Shown here: piece by piece, positions 13,201 through 24,700 of the stretch
Position numbering within the stretch: the first letter of the stretch is position 1
How the letters are laid out: each line of letters begins with the position of its first letter
From: Aplysia californica
Taxonomy: Eukaryota
Assembly (NCBI RefSeq): GCF_000002075.1
Contig: NW_004797935.1
Span: forward strand, 286,929 to 350,928
DNA: 64,000 bases
Direction: 5' to 3'
Made by a program: the position numbers and the translations under genes
The notes under the pieces: generated by a model
Told to the model about the DNA's origin: nothing
What the model saw: only the letters and a program-made list of their open reading frames with translations
Database searches by the model: none

Positions 13201-16200
13201 TCTTTTACTAAAAAACGCATTGTATAGTTTTACTTAAATCCGGTAGACTGCTGTCTATTCCTCTCAAACCTTTTTAATCTACATTTGAGCACGTTGTTGA
13301 AGGCCACCAGTGCTGGGTCCTACTTCTTTTCTTTCTGTTACTTCTGTCTTTCTTGCTTTTTCCAAGTTCTAAATGACTGTTATTGTGCTTCCTTTTGCTC
13401 AACCTTACTCAATCTAAAACTTGTACTAAAATATTGCCTATTTTTGTCCTCTACAATGGATGGTCATCTTACACAGGTAAGACTGCTCTTACAGCCACCT
13501 GTATATATTTTTAAGCCTTATTTTTGTCTATCTCCAAAATTTGTGAATCGTAGTTTTTTGTTAATTTTTTTCAAACGTATTTTTTATCATGGAAACTATT
13601 TATATAGCGTTTGTTAGCGAGAGAAATATTTGTCATTATTTTCTGTTCTTTTTTTCATTCCTTCTAGGCTCGAGCCAGGCGTGCGGAGCTGATGCAACAT
13701 CATGAACTTTTGTCTCGCATGGAGCTCAAAGCCAAACGTTTGAAACGTATCAAAAGTAAAAGGTACGTACAATGAAACCTACTCTAATGGCTACCTGTTT
13801 AAGACAAGCATCTGTACTAATGTCTACTTCCCATATCCTCCCTTGCATTATTTTTTTTTGGCGGGCACCTGGTCTAAGACAACCAGTTTTCTGCTCGAAA
13901 ATGAGTAGCTGTCTCAGAATATTTTGGTGTGGTATTACAACCAGTGGTGGCAGAGGTTTGAGAGTGGATGGTTATCGGGTCGTCTGTTGTGGTTTGGTTC
14001 TTCTTTCCTATCAGAAGATTGTCCTTATCTTTCCTCCCTTTTTTAAAAACTCTTTATTATTAACACCTCAAATCTTTGGCACTCATATGACCTAATTGTG
14101 TTGCAGTGCCGAAGCTAAAAGTAAAACTATGAGGTTTGAGTAACTGCGCTGTTCTTTTTTATTCTATTGAGTCAAGTGAGCTACATTTTCTGAGAATCTC
14201 TCAAATATTTTCACTCTATTCTAGTCAGCTCTCTAGTTAATGTAATTTTTGTTTGTTTTGTTCTCAATTTGTGAGAATTGGGAAAGGGGGGGGTTCTCTT
14301 TCAGACTTTGATGGCAAATAAGGTTGGCCTTTTCAGGGGGGTTTTCGACAGTGGTTAGTATTGGGCAGACCTGTCTATAACGGCCACTCATTATTAAGGA
14401 GAAAAATGTCCGTATAACATAGGCAGGACTGATCAAAATGAAGAAAGCAAACCATTCCCGTATTGAGGTCCAAACCGGGGCTGATCTCGGGCTTTGCACT
14501 GCCGTAAGGCAAATTCAAAAGAGGTTTTATTTTCTTTTGAAAAAATAGGGTGGGTAGTGTAAGAATTTTTTTTGTTGGTTTTTTTTTTTTTTTTACGTTG
14601 GTTAGCCTTTTTTTGTTGCTGATTTTGTGCAAGGGCAAAATAAACAGAATATTTTGTAAGACGATGAAGACCGAGTATGTATGGTAAAACAAACACACGG
14701 GTAGCCACCACTCGGAAAACGAGCGACGCTTCTGTTGCAAGTTCACGTTAACGCCTATTGTTACTTTGTTACAGATTATTTTAATTTTGCCGAATTTTGA
14801 TTGGCACCATTTTGACAAAGGATGCTTTTTCAAATCGTTCCCTAGGTATCGTAAAATACTACGCAAGGAGAAAGAGGCAGTTGACAAAAAAGAGCTGGAA
14901 CAGCTGCGGCACACAGACCCAGAAGCGTTTATGGAGAGAATGGAACAGCTGGAGAGGGCTCGCATGGAGGTGAGACAAGCTCTTTTTGTCTTGTTAGTCA
15001 AGTGGAAACGAAACCTGTGTTCATTGTTGGTAGAAAATTTACCGTGTAATGACTCTTTTTATCTGTCATGTAAAGACTCTTCAGTGACTTTTTTCTGGAT
15101 TCCACATGGGTGACTGCCATGCCCAGGGATTTTGGATAAAATAGCAATGACTATCCTATGTTGTAGGGAAAGTTAATTACAAAGTCAAGTCTCTTTGTCA
15201 GTTTGTGTAGCCTCACATCTGCATGAAATTGTCCAGATTCTGCTCAACTTTGGGGTAATCCTTGCATAGTATAAAAAGTCTCGATACAAGATGTAATAAA
15301 CAATATGATCCATCAATTTTTTGTCCCAGTGCATGCATTTCCTCATTAGTCTGAAACATTCAGAGTTTTTTTCCTGTACCCAATTGGCACCACTCATAAT
15401 AATTCTGTTGTCTACAGCACATTCGCTCCCTGAGTCTATGGCTGTCACTTTTTATTTTTTATTTTCACAGGAGCGTCTCACTCTCAAGCACAGAGGAGGA
15501 GGCAAATTCTCAAGGCTACATAAAGCTTACAGCAAATTTGATGATAAGGTATGGCATATTTTGTTTGTATGAATCGTCATGAGCAGAACACTAATGTCCA
15601 AGTCTTTTTCTTTCTATTTTGGAGAAAATATTACTGTGAACTTCGAACATGTTGCAGAAGTTCATGTTGTACAGCTTGCAAATTTCCACTTATATCTTAT
15701 ATTCTTCTTATTTAAAGCACTTAGATATTGTTATTGTTGGAAGGGAATGTAAGGAATTGATCCTTCAATCTAAGAGATTATAGTAATCCCTCAATGTAGG
15801 GATTTTAATAACCCATTTATCTAGGGGAAATAATCCCTTAAATTCACTTTCAACAACACTATCCGAATGCTGTAGATAGAAGCTGAATCTTTTAATGTAC
15901 AAAAAATGGAATGCATAATGTTTTCTTTTCACTTTGATGTTTGGTAACAGAACTGTGTATATGCCTGTACGAGGCCCCACATTAACTGTATGTAAAATCT
16001 TTAAATCTTTAGTGCTTTGCTTCCTTCTTTCTTTTTTTTTTGTGTCCCCCCTTGTTGTTAACCTTTGTACAATTTTTCTGTCCTCCAGACACGGACCGCT
16101 GTACAAGACATGCTGCAGAAGAGCAAGGAATTGACAAAGAAGACGCATGGGGACTCAAGCAGTGATGATGAGGAAGAGGAGGAGGAGAAGAAGAAAAAGG

Positions 16201-19200
16201 ATGAAGAATCTGCGAAAGCCAACGACAGTGATGAAGACACGGGGGTGTCGAACCAGAGAGCCATGAGTGTTGGGAAGTCTGTAAGTAAACTGGCTGGTGG
16301 CTGGCTGGATGGTCCGACAAAGTTTGTCTACACTCAGAAGGAGGCAGCCTCCCAGAACGCAGCGAGCGGTGCAGATGAGGTCAAAGGTCATAGAGAAGTG
16401 GTTGAAGGTCAGGGCGCTCCTCCCAGTTCGTCAGAAGATGGTAAACTTGGCAATTCTTCCCAGAAAGTGCTTCCTGATGTCAACGGTCTTGACTCGGAAG
16501 ACGAGACTGGTCTTGCGGAGAAGCCAACGACAGAGAAGAAAGTTGTCAGCAAAAAGAAAAGATCAGCAGCAGAAATGGCTGGCTCGGCAGATAGTGAAGA
16601 TCCTCTTGCGTCCATCTCGACTACCACTGAGGAGGTTGTTGTGGAAAAGAGTTTGTCAGAGGAGCCAAAGAGCAAGAAGAGGAAAAAAAACAAAAAGAAA
16701 AAAGGAAAAGAGGGGGCTGGTGAGGAAGTGAGCGAGGGTGCCGCAGATAAACCTGTGCGGGAGACGACGCTGCAGGCGATGGGTGACGACGAGAGGGAGA
16801 AAGAAATGGAGGAGGAGGAGGAAGACGATGGCGAGGGCAGCATGAAGGTCTCGATGGAAGAGCTGTTTCAAGACGAGGACTTCTTGGAAGAGTTTGCAAA
16901 GGACAAGGCGGAGCTGGAGGCGAAGAGCAGGCCCAAGGTGGAGGACACGACGCTGCCAGGTTGGGGGGCGTGGGCCGGGCCCGACTACAAAGAAATGCCG
17001 AAGAAGAAAGCTGGGAACAAGAAAAGGTAAGTTGGGTTTGGTTGGGTTTTTATTATTTATTTTTTTTAGACCTGCCGAGTGCTCCCATAAAATCGGAGCC
17101 CTCCGATTTTTAATTAATTTTTTTTTAAATCTGGAAGAGCCTGGATTGGATTTGCATGAAATCTTTTTTTTTTCCCTGAATTCCGTTTCCATTGGTTGTG
17201 TGCAACTTATGAAAATGGTGTGGAAATATACATCTGTTTTCACATATTTACAATATACTTTTATTGGGCTTAGTCGGTTCATAATGTAATCTAAATCTAC
17301 TGGGGTTTTGGAGACTCTGATTTAAAAAAAAAAAATTTTTTAATACACATAACTCCAGATTTTATAGGGAGGATTCTGAGGGAAACTGAAATTTTTGTTC
17401 ATGGGGGAGTTGGCAGATCTTTTCTTTTTTTTTGCCCACTATCTTGTATGTAATATCAAACAAAGCAGAACAAAGCTGGGAGCAAGAAAAAGTAAGGGGG
17501 GGGGGGGGGGGGTGTTTTGACACACTATCATCTTAGGAGAGAAAAGGTTGGAAAACAGAAAAGTAAGCTGGCTTGTGGGTTTACTTTTTTGACACCAACC
17601 TGTGTGTCAAATCGAATGCAGAAGAGAAAAATCTGAGGGGGGGGGGGGGGGTTGCCAGCGTTCTGTTTCAAATCATGTTCTATTCTAGATTAGGGTGGTT
17701 GGAAGTGGTTTAACAAACTATTTGTGTCCTGGGATAGTATTTACTCACGACAATGTAGTTTCAGCTCTTTTTTTTAAGCTGTTTTTACTTACAGAGTCCT
17801 CTTGGGTTGTAGGGTTTTCACTGCGTTATGTGACATTTTAATGGAGGTCCAACAGACTGACCGGCAGTGACCTTTTAGTACGCATTTGTTTTACATGTTT
17901 TTTTTGGTCAAAAAATGCCCTTTGTAGTGGTAATTTTTTTTAGAGGCTCCTTTTCTTTTCTTTCGCGTACTGCATTTAACATTTGTGTTTGTAGATAGTG
18001 CAACGTTGTAGAACAAATCCAAGGAATAAATTTTGCTACATGGTCAAAATGCAGTCAAACCTGTCATCATGCCCCTATCCTAGCGGGTTTTTTTGGGGGG
18101 GGTTGCTTTTTTTTAACATTATAATGACAATGTAAGATGGCCACTCTTTAAGACAACCACTTTTCTACTTGACAATGAGTGGCTGTCTTGGACAGTTTCA
18201 AATGTAGAAAAAGGAGCCTTTTTTAAATTTATTTATTTTTCATAAATAGTGCTTGAGCAGTGTCTGTCATCTTGAAGCCAACTATAATGCCATGATTTCT
18301 GTTTTTCAGACCTCCAAAGAAAGTGGACAAACAGCCTTTTGTGTGGCTGAACCCGAGCAGAGACGAAGGGATCAGAAAGCTGCAGGTGAGCACACAACTT
18401 TTCCTAGCACTCTTCATGTGCTGCATGTGTTTTAGTTTAGTTTTAGTCAGAGTTGTACAGCACTTGTAACTCAAATAGATCATGAAAGTACCAAAGATTG
18501 GAGATATTACGAGAGAGTCACATACAAAGAAAAGATGGGAGGACGTGTTTGCGTCCATCTTTTGACACAGTTTGGTCAGTTTCTGTGTGCTAGAAGCAAA
18601 GATCGTACATAACAAGATAATTCACTTGGCCAAAAAAGCGTCTACGGAAGTCCACGCCTTGGCTCAGATGTCGCTGCAGTCTTTGTTTTGGAGCTCTCTT
18701 GTTTTTCCAGAAGAAGAATAGGAATAGCATCCCTTTGCCCATCAGCTGTTCCGGTTCACTCACTGCGGAGTTTTGGGTGTATTTTATTTTAGTGACCTCT
18801 CACTTCTCATTCTAAAGCCAAAAAAATTAAACGAAGAAAACAGTCACTCCTTCCCCCTGAAGAGGATTTTGTCATTTAAAAAGGCGTTATTCCGAAATTT
18901 TAATTATAATTTATACAAAAACTTTTTTAGTTTCACCTTGATTGTTTTCCACACAAGAAGGGTAAGGGTTCGCAGAGCGGGCGCTTTTTCCAAGAGGGCA
19001 CCCCTCGGATTTTGAGAACACTATTTTAATTGTTCAAAGAGAGGAGTGAACCATCTTGTTATACAGAATCTTTGTTGGAAGTGAGCGATTTGTTGGTGCT
19101 CTTGTGTTGTCTGCTTTGCTTTTGTCAATGTTCCTTTTGTCCTAAACTTTTCCCTACCTGCGCCTGTGGTGTAGCGGTTAGACGATTTGCTGTCGCTCGC

Positions 19201-20128
19201 AGGAGACTCGAGTTTGATTCCAGAGTGAGGAGAAATCTTTATCAAGTATCTAGGTCTTCCTGCTGGGATGTTGTATCCCTCGTAGCCCAGGTTGGCCCTG
19301 GCAGGCAGGGTGGGGAGCCTATCTCTTAAATACTTTAATGATCTGAATTGTGTCGATTTGGGTGCCAAAAAATTTCTTACGTTCTCTTTGTTTCTTTTTT
19401 GGAGGAGTAGTATTTTCATTTTCAGCTTTCTCGGTTGGAAAAATCACCATGAAAATAGATGAATTTTTAAAAAAAATTAAAAGTAATACAGGAGACGATT
19501 GAGAAATTAAAGTGGGTAATTAATTAAAAATAATCTGTCACCAGGAATTTTCATCATCGCTCCAGCCTTTTGTGATTGCAAATTTGATTTTCTTCGGTTT
19601 AGCTGGGTTTTCTGTTCTGAGAAGTTACTCAAATGAGGGATTTTTTTCTTTTGGCTTACCCCTTTCCCCCCCCCCCCCCCCCCTTCCCCCCCCCCCACCG
19701 ATGAATCGTCTTCGGTTTAAGCAGACTCACCTGTATTTGTGTGTGTGTGTGTGTGAGTTATTGTTTGAAGGTTTTTTTCCTTGTTTTTTCTCTTTCTAAA
19801 TATTGATTTGTTGTTGTTCCTGTTTTTCCAGCCCAAAAAGGTTCCATTCCCATACCAGTCGGTAACGCAGTACGAGGCCTCCCTCCGCCAGCCGGTGTCG
19901 CGAGGCCTAGTCCGAGAGACGGCCACAAAGCTACTGACCAAACCGGCCGTGGTCACCAAACTGGGCCACATCATCAAGGCCATCGACAAGGAGGATTACT
20001 TTGAAAAGAAGTCCACTATAGAGGCGGACGACGAGGACAAGAATTTCGGCGTGGCTGCTGCCAAGGAAGGCGGGGCAAAGAGGGGCAGTGCGGGGAAACA
20101 GAACAACAAACGACGCAGCTTGAGATAA
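1290..20128 (+). CDS. UTP14: U3 small nucleolar RNA-associated protein 14 homolog (SSU processome), 13 coding exons, ~725 aa
   Basis: Exons (GT-AG, phases consistent): 1290-1322 (ATG at 1290 or 1299), 6901-6995, 7567-7637, 9109-9203, 9699-9776, 10875-10949, 12519-12641, 13668-13762, 14846-14969, 15471-15548, 16089-17026, 18310-18385, 19832-20128. Utp14 hallmarks: HGKLISSIQSLDGK, KWDPVV, RTPLEQE, KRIKSKRYRK, ERLTLKH, LPGWGAWAG, VPFPY..QYEASLRQPV, KPAVVTKLGHIIK. Exon 1 is the least certain. Confidence 0.92.
1596..1882. mobile_element. MITE, ~28-bp TIR, 6-bp TSD
   Basis: GGGCGCTTTTTCGGTAGTTCCCACCCC ... GGGGTGGGAACTACCGAAAAAGCACCT; CTGAGA duplicated at 1590-1595 and 1883-1888; two internal TCAGGGGGGC..GCCCCCCTGA hairpins. 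Confidence 0.8.
2286..5951. mobile_element. ~3.7-kb non-autonomous TIR element carrying a tandem array
   Basis: Left GGGGAGGACTTCCGTAACGAGCCACCAC; right GTGGTCGCTCGTTACGGAAGTCCTTCCC; flanks TGTTTT/TATTTT (imperfect 6-bp TSD); no transposase ORF. Confidence 0.7.
3418..4820. repeat. 203-bp tandem repeat, about 7 copies
   Basis: CCCCGCACACAGTAAACAAAC recurs at 3821, 4024, 4227, 4430, 4633 (period 203), with variant unit starts near 3421 and 3618; the first and last units are the most diverged. Confidence 0.97.
5994..6583. mobile_element. MITE with ~55-bp inverted repeats and internal (GA)n
   Basis: AGTGTATACAGACCCGGTAGGGGAACTCTTTTG..GTTTCAGAGCCC (5996-6052) is inverted at 6488-6543, with a further terminal copy GGGTCTGTATACACT ending at 6580. 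Confidence 0.75.
7758..8334. mobile_element. PIF/Harbinger-type MITE
   Basis: GGCTAGACCCACACAGGCGTC ... GATGCCGGTGTGGGTCTACCC; TAA TSD on both sides (7755-7757, 8335-8337). Confidence 0.8.
9487..9662 (+). mobile_element. ~170-bp dispersed retroelement 3' fragment (LINE-type tail), representative of at least 13 copies
   Basis: Consensus GTGGGTGGTTGG..CTCTGGTGTGGTTTGC..GGCACT-N-ATGACC..TTGCAAGTGCCGTAAAAC(CTAAAA)n. Other copies: + ~10235, ~10665, ~12063, ~13963, ~22402, ~22992, ~62611; - ~18430, ~34115, ~36060, ~38345, ~38515. Confidence 0.85.
9975..10205. repeat. dispersed repeat; inverted homolog at ~39490-39690
   Basis: ATGAGAACAAAGCC, CTTTGAATAGCTTGAATTT and TGGCCT.TGCCCACC all appear in reverse complement in the same order at ~39490-39690. 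Confidence 0.7.
11349..11782. mobile_element. hAT-type MITE
   Basis: CAGAGCT ... AGCTCTG termini; perfect 8-bp TSD CTCTTACC (11341-11348, 11783-11790); dense AAGTAC/GTACTT subterminal motifs. Confidence 0.9.
12232..12432. mobile_element. piggyBac-type MITE
   Basis: TTAA|CCCTATC ... GATAGGG|TTAA; second copy at 20594-20827. Confidence 0.88.
19157..19350 (+). mobile_element. tRNA-derived SINE, family C
   Basis: A-box TGGTGTAGCGG, B-box-like GAGTTTGATTCC; homolog on the minus strand at ~44412-44597; head fragment at ~236-270. Confidence 0.75.
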
Positions 20129-20355
20129 CCACCGATTTTGGGGAGGGGGTTCGGGTCTACATGTGGGTGGGGGAGAGAGGAAGTGAAAGCTGCCTTTTTT
20201 TTCTTTTTTTTTTTTTTTTTCTTTTTTTTTCGTAATGTATGTGTGACAGGAAAGAGATGGGAGAATTGTGTGGATGGAAGAGAAAGTGAAAGGAGTGAAA
20301 ATGCATGAGAAGAAGACGGACGGAAAGAGAGATGATGAATTAAGCGCCTTTTCTT

Positions 20356-20500
20356 AATAAAGTGAGCTTTCTTTGACGTGAAAGGAGATGATGTGAAAGG
20401 GAGAGAAACAGGGAGTGATGATGAAAGAGGTCTGTGTTATGTCTGCCACTGTTAAAGATTATATTATGATGGTAGGTCATACAAACTTATGGTAAATAAA
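20356..20500 (+). promoter_or_regulatory. candidate UTP14 polyadenylation signals
   Basis: AATAAA at ~20356 and ~20495 downstream of the stop; the second is followed by a T-rich tract. Confidence 0.5.
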
Positions 20501-20593
20501 AGTTTGCAATTGCCTAATTTTTTTGTTTTTTTTATTTTTTATTTCCAGTACAAGTATATGAAGCTACGCTGTTACCACATTGTCAGCTATTAA

Positions 20594-20827
20594 CCCTATC
20601 CATACGCCCTGGGGTCATTTTGTACCGCCCGGGTTGTATTCTTCACATTTTAGAATACTTCTAGTGCGAAGATCTCTTTGAAACTTTCAGTATTTCTGAA
20701 AAAATCATTTTGACAGACTGCTATGCAAAGCATACGGATCGGATTACGAGCAAATTTCCTCTTTGGAAAGTGGTCGCACAGAGTTCCCCACGTCGTATGG
20801 ATACGTAAACACGACGTATGGATGGGG
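20594..20827. mobile_element. piggyBac-type MITE (second copy)
   Basis: TTAA|CCCTATCCATACG ... CGTATGGATGGGG|TTAA; body matches 12232-12432 apart from an internal indel. Confidence 0.88.
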
Positions 20828-21767
20828 TTAAATGTTTCTTTCTGAAACAAAGTAGAATGAGAACACAGTCTTGTTCAAATTATTTTTTACTGACTGAAAT
20901 GAAACTCCCAAAACATCAAACAACAGGCAATGTCATAATACAAATTGAACTAATAACTCATCAGGTAGTTTCATTGTGAACCATGCAAATAATATTAATA
21001 AATTACGTCCTTGGTATTATATTCCATTTAAAAAACACCAATGGCCTAGGGCAAAATTCATCTAAATGTCAAGACAAGACAAACTTGTGACAGGAGAATT
21101 TTAAAAAAAAATCTTTTTCCAAACATAGCACAGGAACAAAGATGCTTTGATCCCATGACTGTTTGATACACAAGTATAATTAGATTAGCAACTGGGATAA
21201 AAACAGAAACAATGCAAAATTGGGTTTCCGTTCCTTGCTGTTTCATGTATAAAATCATCAAAGTGAATTCAAGAGTTAAGAGCGTGTAATCTGTTGCTTG
21301 CACTGCATGCTTCCTTGGAAGCCTAGCATGTTTCTGAGTGTTCTTGCTAGGGTAATAATAGTTGTAAAGCACAAAGAGCATGCTTTAGAGCGTTGATATA
21401 CACTATATAAATGCAACTGTTACGGTATCGTTATAAAATTATTATTTCATTTTGGCCTACACGAATGTTCAGCAAATTAATAAATCTCGTGGCTGAGATA
21501 TAACTGTTACAGTGCAAAATGGAATTTTTGTGCCGTTTCAGACGCTGGATTGGAAAAGTAAGTAAAGTAAAGTACTGTTTCAAACACAAAAGCATCAGAG
21601 AGAAATCAGAGTTCGATGTTTTTGTGCCCAAGGCCATCCATAAAAAATTTCAAAATATCATTGATCAATAATCGTCCAAATATCCTCTAGCTCAGATTAA
21701 TCGCCACAATGTCATGACTTTTTTTTCCGGAGAGAAGTGACCATGTTGCTTCAAGGTAAACCACTTG

Positions 21768-24700
21768 TCATGATTTACGCTGTGTCAGCTCCACTTCTTT
21801 GCCGTCATAATTTCTGTTTGATGGAAAGAAAAAGCAAACAAGATTCTTGTCAAACAGGTTTCTAAAATAAAATTAATACTTTTTTGTCATGTGAAACATG
21901 TCGCAGACTAATTCTTTTTTCTTTAACTGCTGTGGGATCATTGTCTCTGTATTGATTAAATATTTCTCCAGTTTAAAACACACAAGTGGAGCTCTTAGTA
22001 GGCACTTTTGTAAAAACATTTTTTAAAATGTTTTAAATCAAATTGATTACATTAAAAGCCTTTGTGACTTTATGAATTTCCCATTTCTGAAATAACAAAA
22101 TTGGAGACATCAAAATCAACAAAGTGTTGCTGAATCAAATTCAGTTTCTCTTTCTTGGTGTATACCTCTGTGATACTCTGTCTCGTATGCCTTCTTCTAT
22201 CTGTCCAGTGAAAGGAAGACCTTGCTCCTCAAAGACTCGACATATAGACTAGACTTTAGACCCTATAACTCAACTTGTGTCTTGTGTACGACGCAAGGAA
22301 ACAGCAAAAACACACAGTCACATACATAGTACATTGTAGATAGCTGCCAACTTTTCAAAACTAAAAAACAGACAACCCACATGGCACATCAAGATGGTGG
22401 AGTGGGTGGTTGGTGGGTGCTCTGGTGTGGTTTGCTTCTTCTTTCCTATACATCTATCGTCCTTACCTCCCCTGCTTTTTTTAATGTTTGTTACTCACTT
22501 GTAACACCTCCAATCTTCTGGCGCTCATATGACCTTATGCAGTTGCAAGCGCCGTAAAACCTCTACTAAAACTAAAACTAAAACTAAAACTGAACAAGAC
22601 AGTGGGCATTGGCCAAGTAACCACCTTCTCAACCCCTTCATACAATTTCCTGCATTTAGTAAATTCAATATTACTAACAAATTTACAGAGGGAGATCAAA
22701 GCAAAAAAAAGCTGCTTGTACACACAACAACCTACCGATAATCCCATTCACTGATGCCCCATCCTCGGATTCCATTGACAGTGTAGTTACAGAATCTTTC
22801 AAATATTCTTGCGTCCCAGTCCTCACCCATGTAGAAAATGGGACACTGGATCACTTCACAGGTTAAGTCGTACTTTTGACCACCTGCAGAGAAAATGAAT
22901 ATCTTGTATCAGGACAGGGATGATATAGTTTGTCAATTGGCAACACAAACACATCTGTAGATTTATATAATCCCTTCTAAAATGGAGATAAGTGGGTGCT
23001 CTGGTGTGGTTTACTCCTTCTTTCCCATCAAACACCCATCGTCCTGATCTCTCCTACTTTTTTTTCTGTGTTTGTTACTCTCTCGTAACACCTCTAATCT
23101 TCAGCACTTATATGACCTTATTGTGTTGCAAATGCCGTAAAACTCCATTAAACTAAAACTTGAAGATAACTTCAGATAAAGACAGGTATCGCTACAGTAC
23201 TGTATACTTTCGAGAGGTTGCTGAAATAATAAAATAAAAAACGTCACAGATTTTCTTTTCTTTCAGTCTACCGCTGTTTCTGGATTAAGTTTAAGTAGAT
23301 TCCATGGTATCTTTATCAAAGCTATGGCAAGCATTCTTCTTCTAGTTCTACCGGAAAAGAAAAACAAACAAAGTTCAGCTCTACGTGGATTTGTCTGCAC
23401 GCCGGATAAAAAGTAAAGTGGCTGGGGGGGCAGTGAGCACGTACCAGCAGTGAATTTCAAAGATAACTTTTCAGGAGGCTGCCCGTCTTCTCCCCAGTTG
23501 TAGAACTCAAAATCTGTCTCAGACACGGCATCCATGGAGCCGTCAGGATGGAAGAAGTAGCCAACAACCAGCCTGGAGATACAAAAAAAAAACGCGGGAG
23601 AAATCACATTGTAAAGTGGGCTAAGGGAAAATTGCCTACTTATTCAGTGACTCACTGTTGTTATTTGCAAGACATTTACTCTAATTCTGAAGGACTTAGA
23701 GATGTTTTTGTTGATGTTATCTTTCTCATTCACAGTATAAACTTACTTACACTAGTTACACTACACTTTTTAGCATTGTGGATCAGGCAGGGTAAAAGAT
23801 AAACTTAAAATTAAAGGAGACATTTTTAATGTTGTTTGAAAATTCTTTTTTGAAAAATCAGTTTTGGAGCAATAGGCCCTACATAAATTTATATATAGCA
23901 GTTTTAAAGAATATAAGAGCAAATCCCTCGCTAACTCCCTAATCGTCTCAAGCGTAAATTGATTTCTCTTTCACACCTGCAAAACGAAAGAGCCATACAT
24001 TATACAGTAGTCTCCGCCTAAACGCACGGTGTTCGGGAGGGCCCCTAAGCGTGTGTTTATACGGACATGCGTTTATATGAACCTGTGCAAAGACAGACTC
24101 AATGTAACGATATCCACCATAAAATGTCGGGAACAGATAGCCCAAGAGGAAACTGTTTGTGATAGTCATAGAGACGACGGGCCAGCCACGTGGCTTTCCA
24201 AGTGAACATGCCCAACCGTAAATTCATGGACGACATCAGAATCATAGATCTCTACATTTCTCTTGTGATTCAATGAACAAGTAGCATGTTATAAGTTTTT
24301 CAAGCACAGCTGAGGTTACTTGACTAATCTTTAATCCTATAGAGACCTACCTAGTGTTTTACAGCATTCACGTGTGTTGTGCGTCATAGGCCTAGGTCTA
24401 ACTAAACATTACAAGCAGTCACCCAAACACCAGTCAGAAACCTTCTCACAAAAATGCATTTCCAGTGACCAATCAAAAAACTTTTCAGTCCCCCAACAAT
24501 TCACCGACCAGTCCTAGACCTAGATCTATGTGTCTGTGGAAAGTTGGTGTGAAAACGCTGCCCATCACTCTCTTTGTTTGGCGTGAGGGGCAGTCTCACC
24601 AAATAGGCCCTATCCGGTTTTCTAGGCTTGTCTTAAGCAAGCTATGCAGGCTGCAGCGAAAATTTCCCCTTGTCAAGCTTTACCTGCCAGCGTGTTTCGA

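Noticed and set aside
16155-17282. Antisense and alternative-frame ORFs over UTP14 exon 11
   Set aside because: Shadows of a purine-rich, low-complexity coding exon.
22141-22250. Alternative last exon of gene 2
   Set aside because: The acceptor at ~22201 gives an immediate stop; 21813 has a better polypyrimidine tract and extends the frame (YRNYDGK). Not excluded as a minor isoform.
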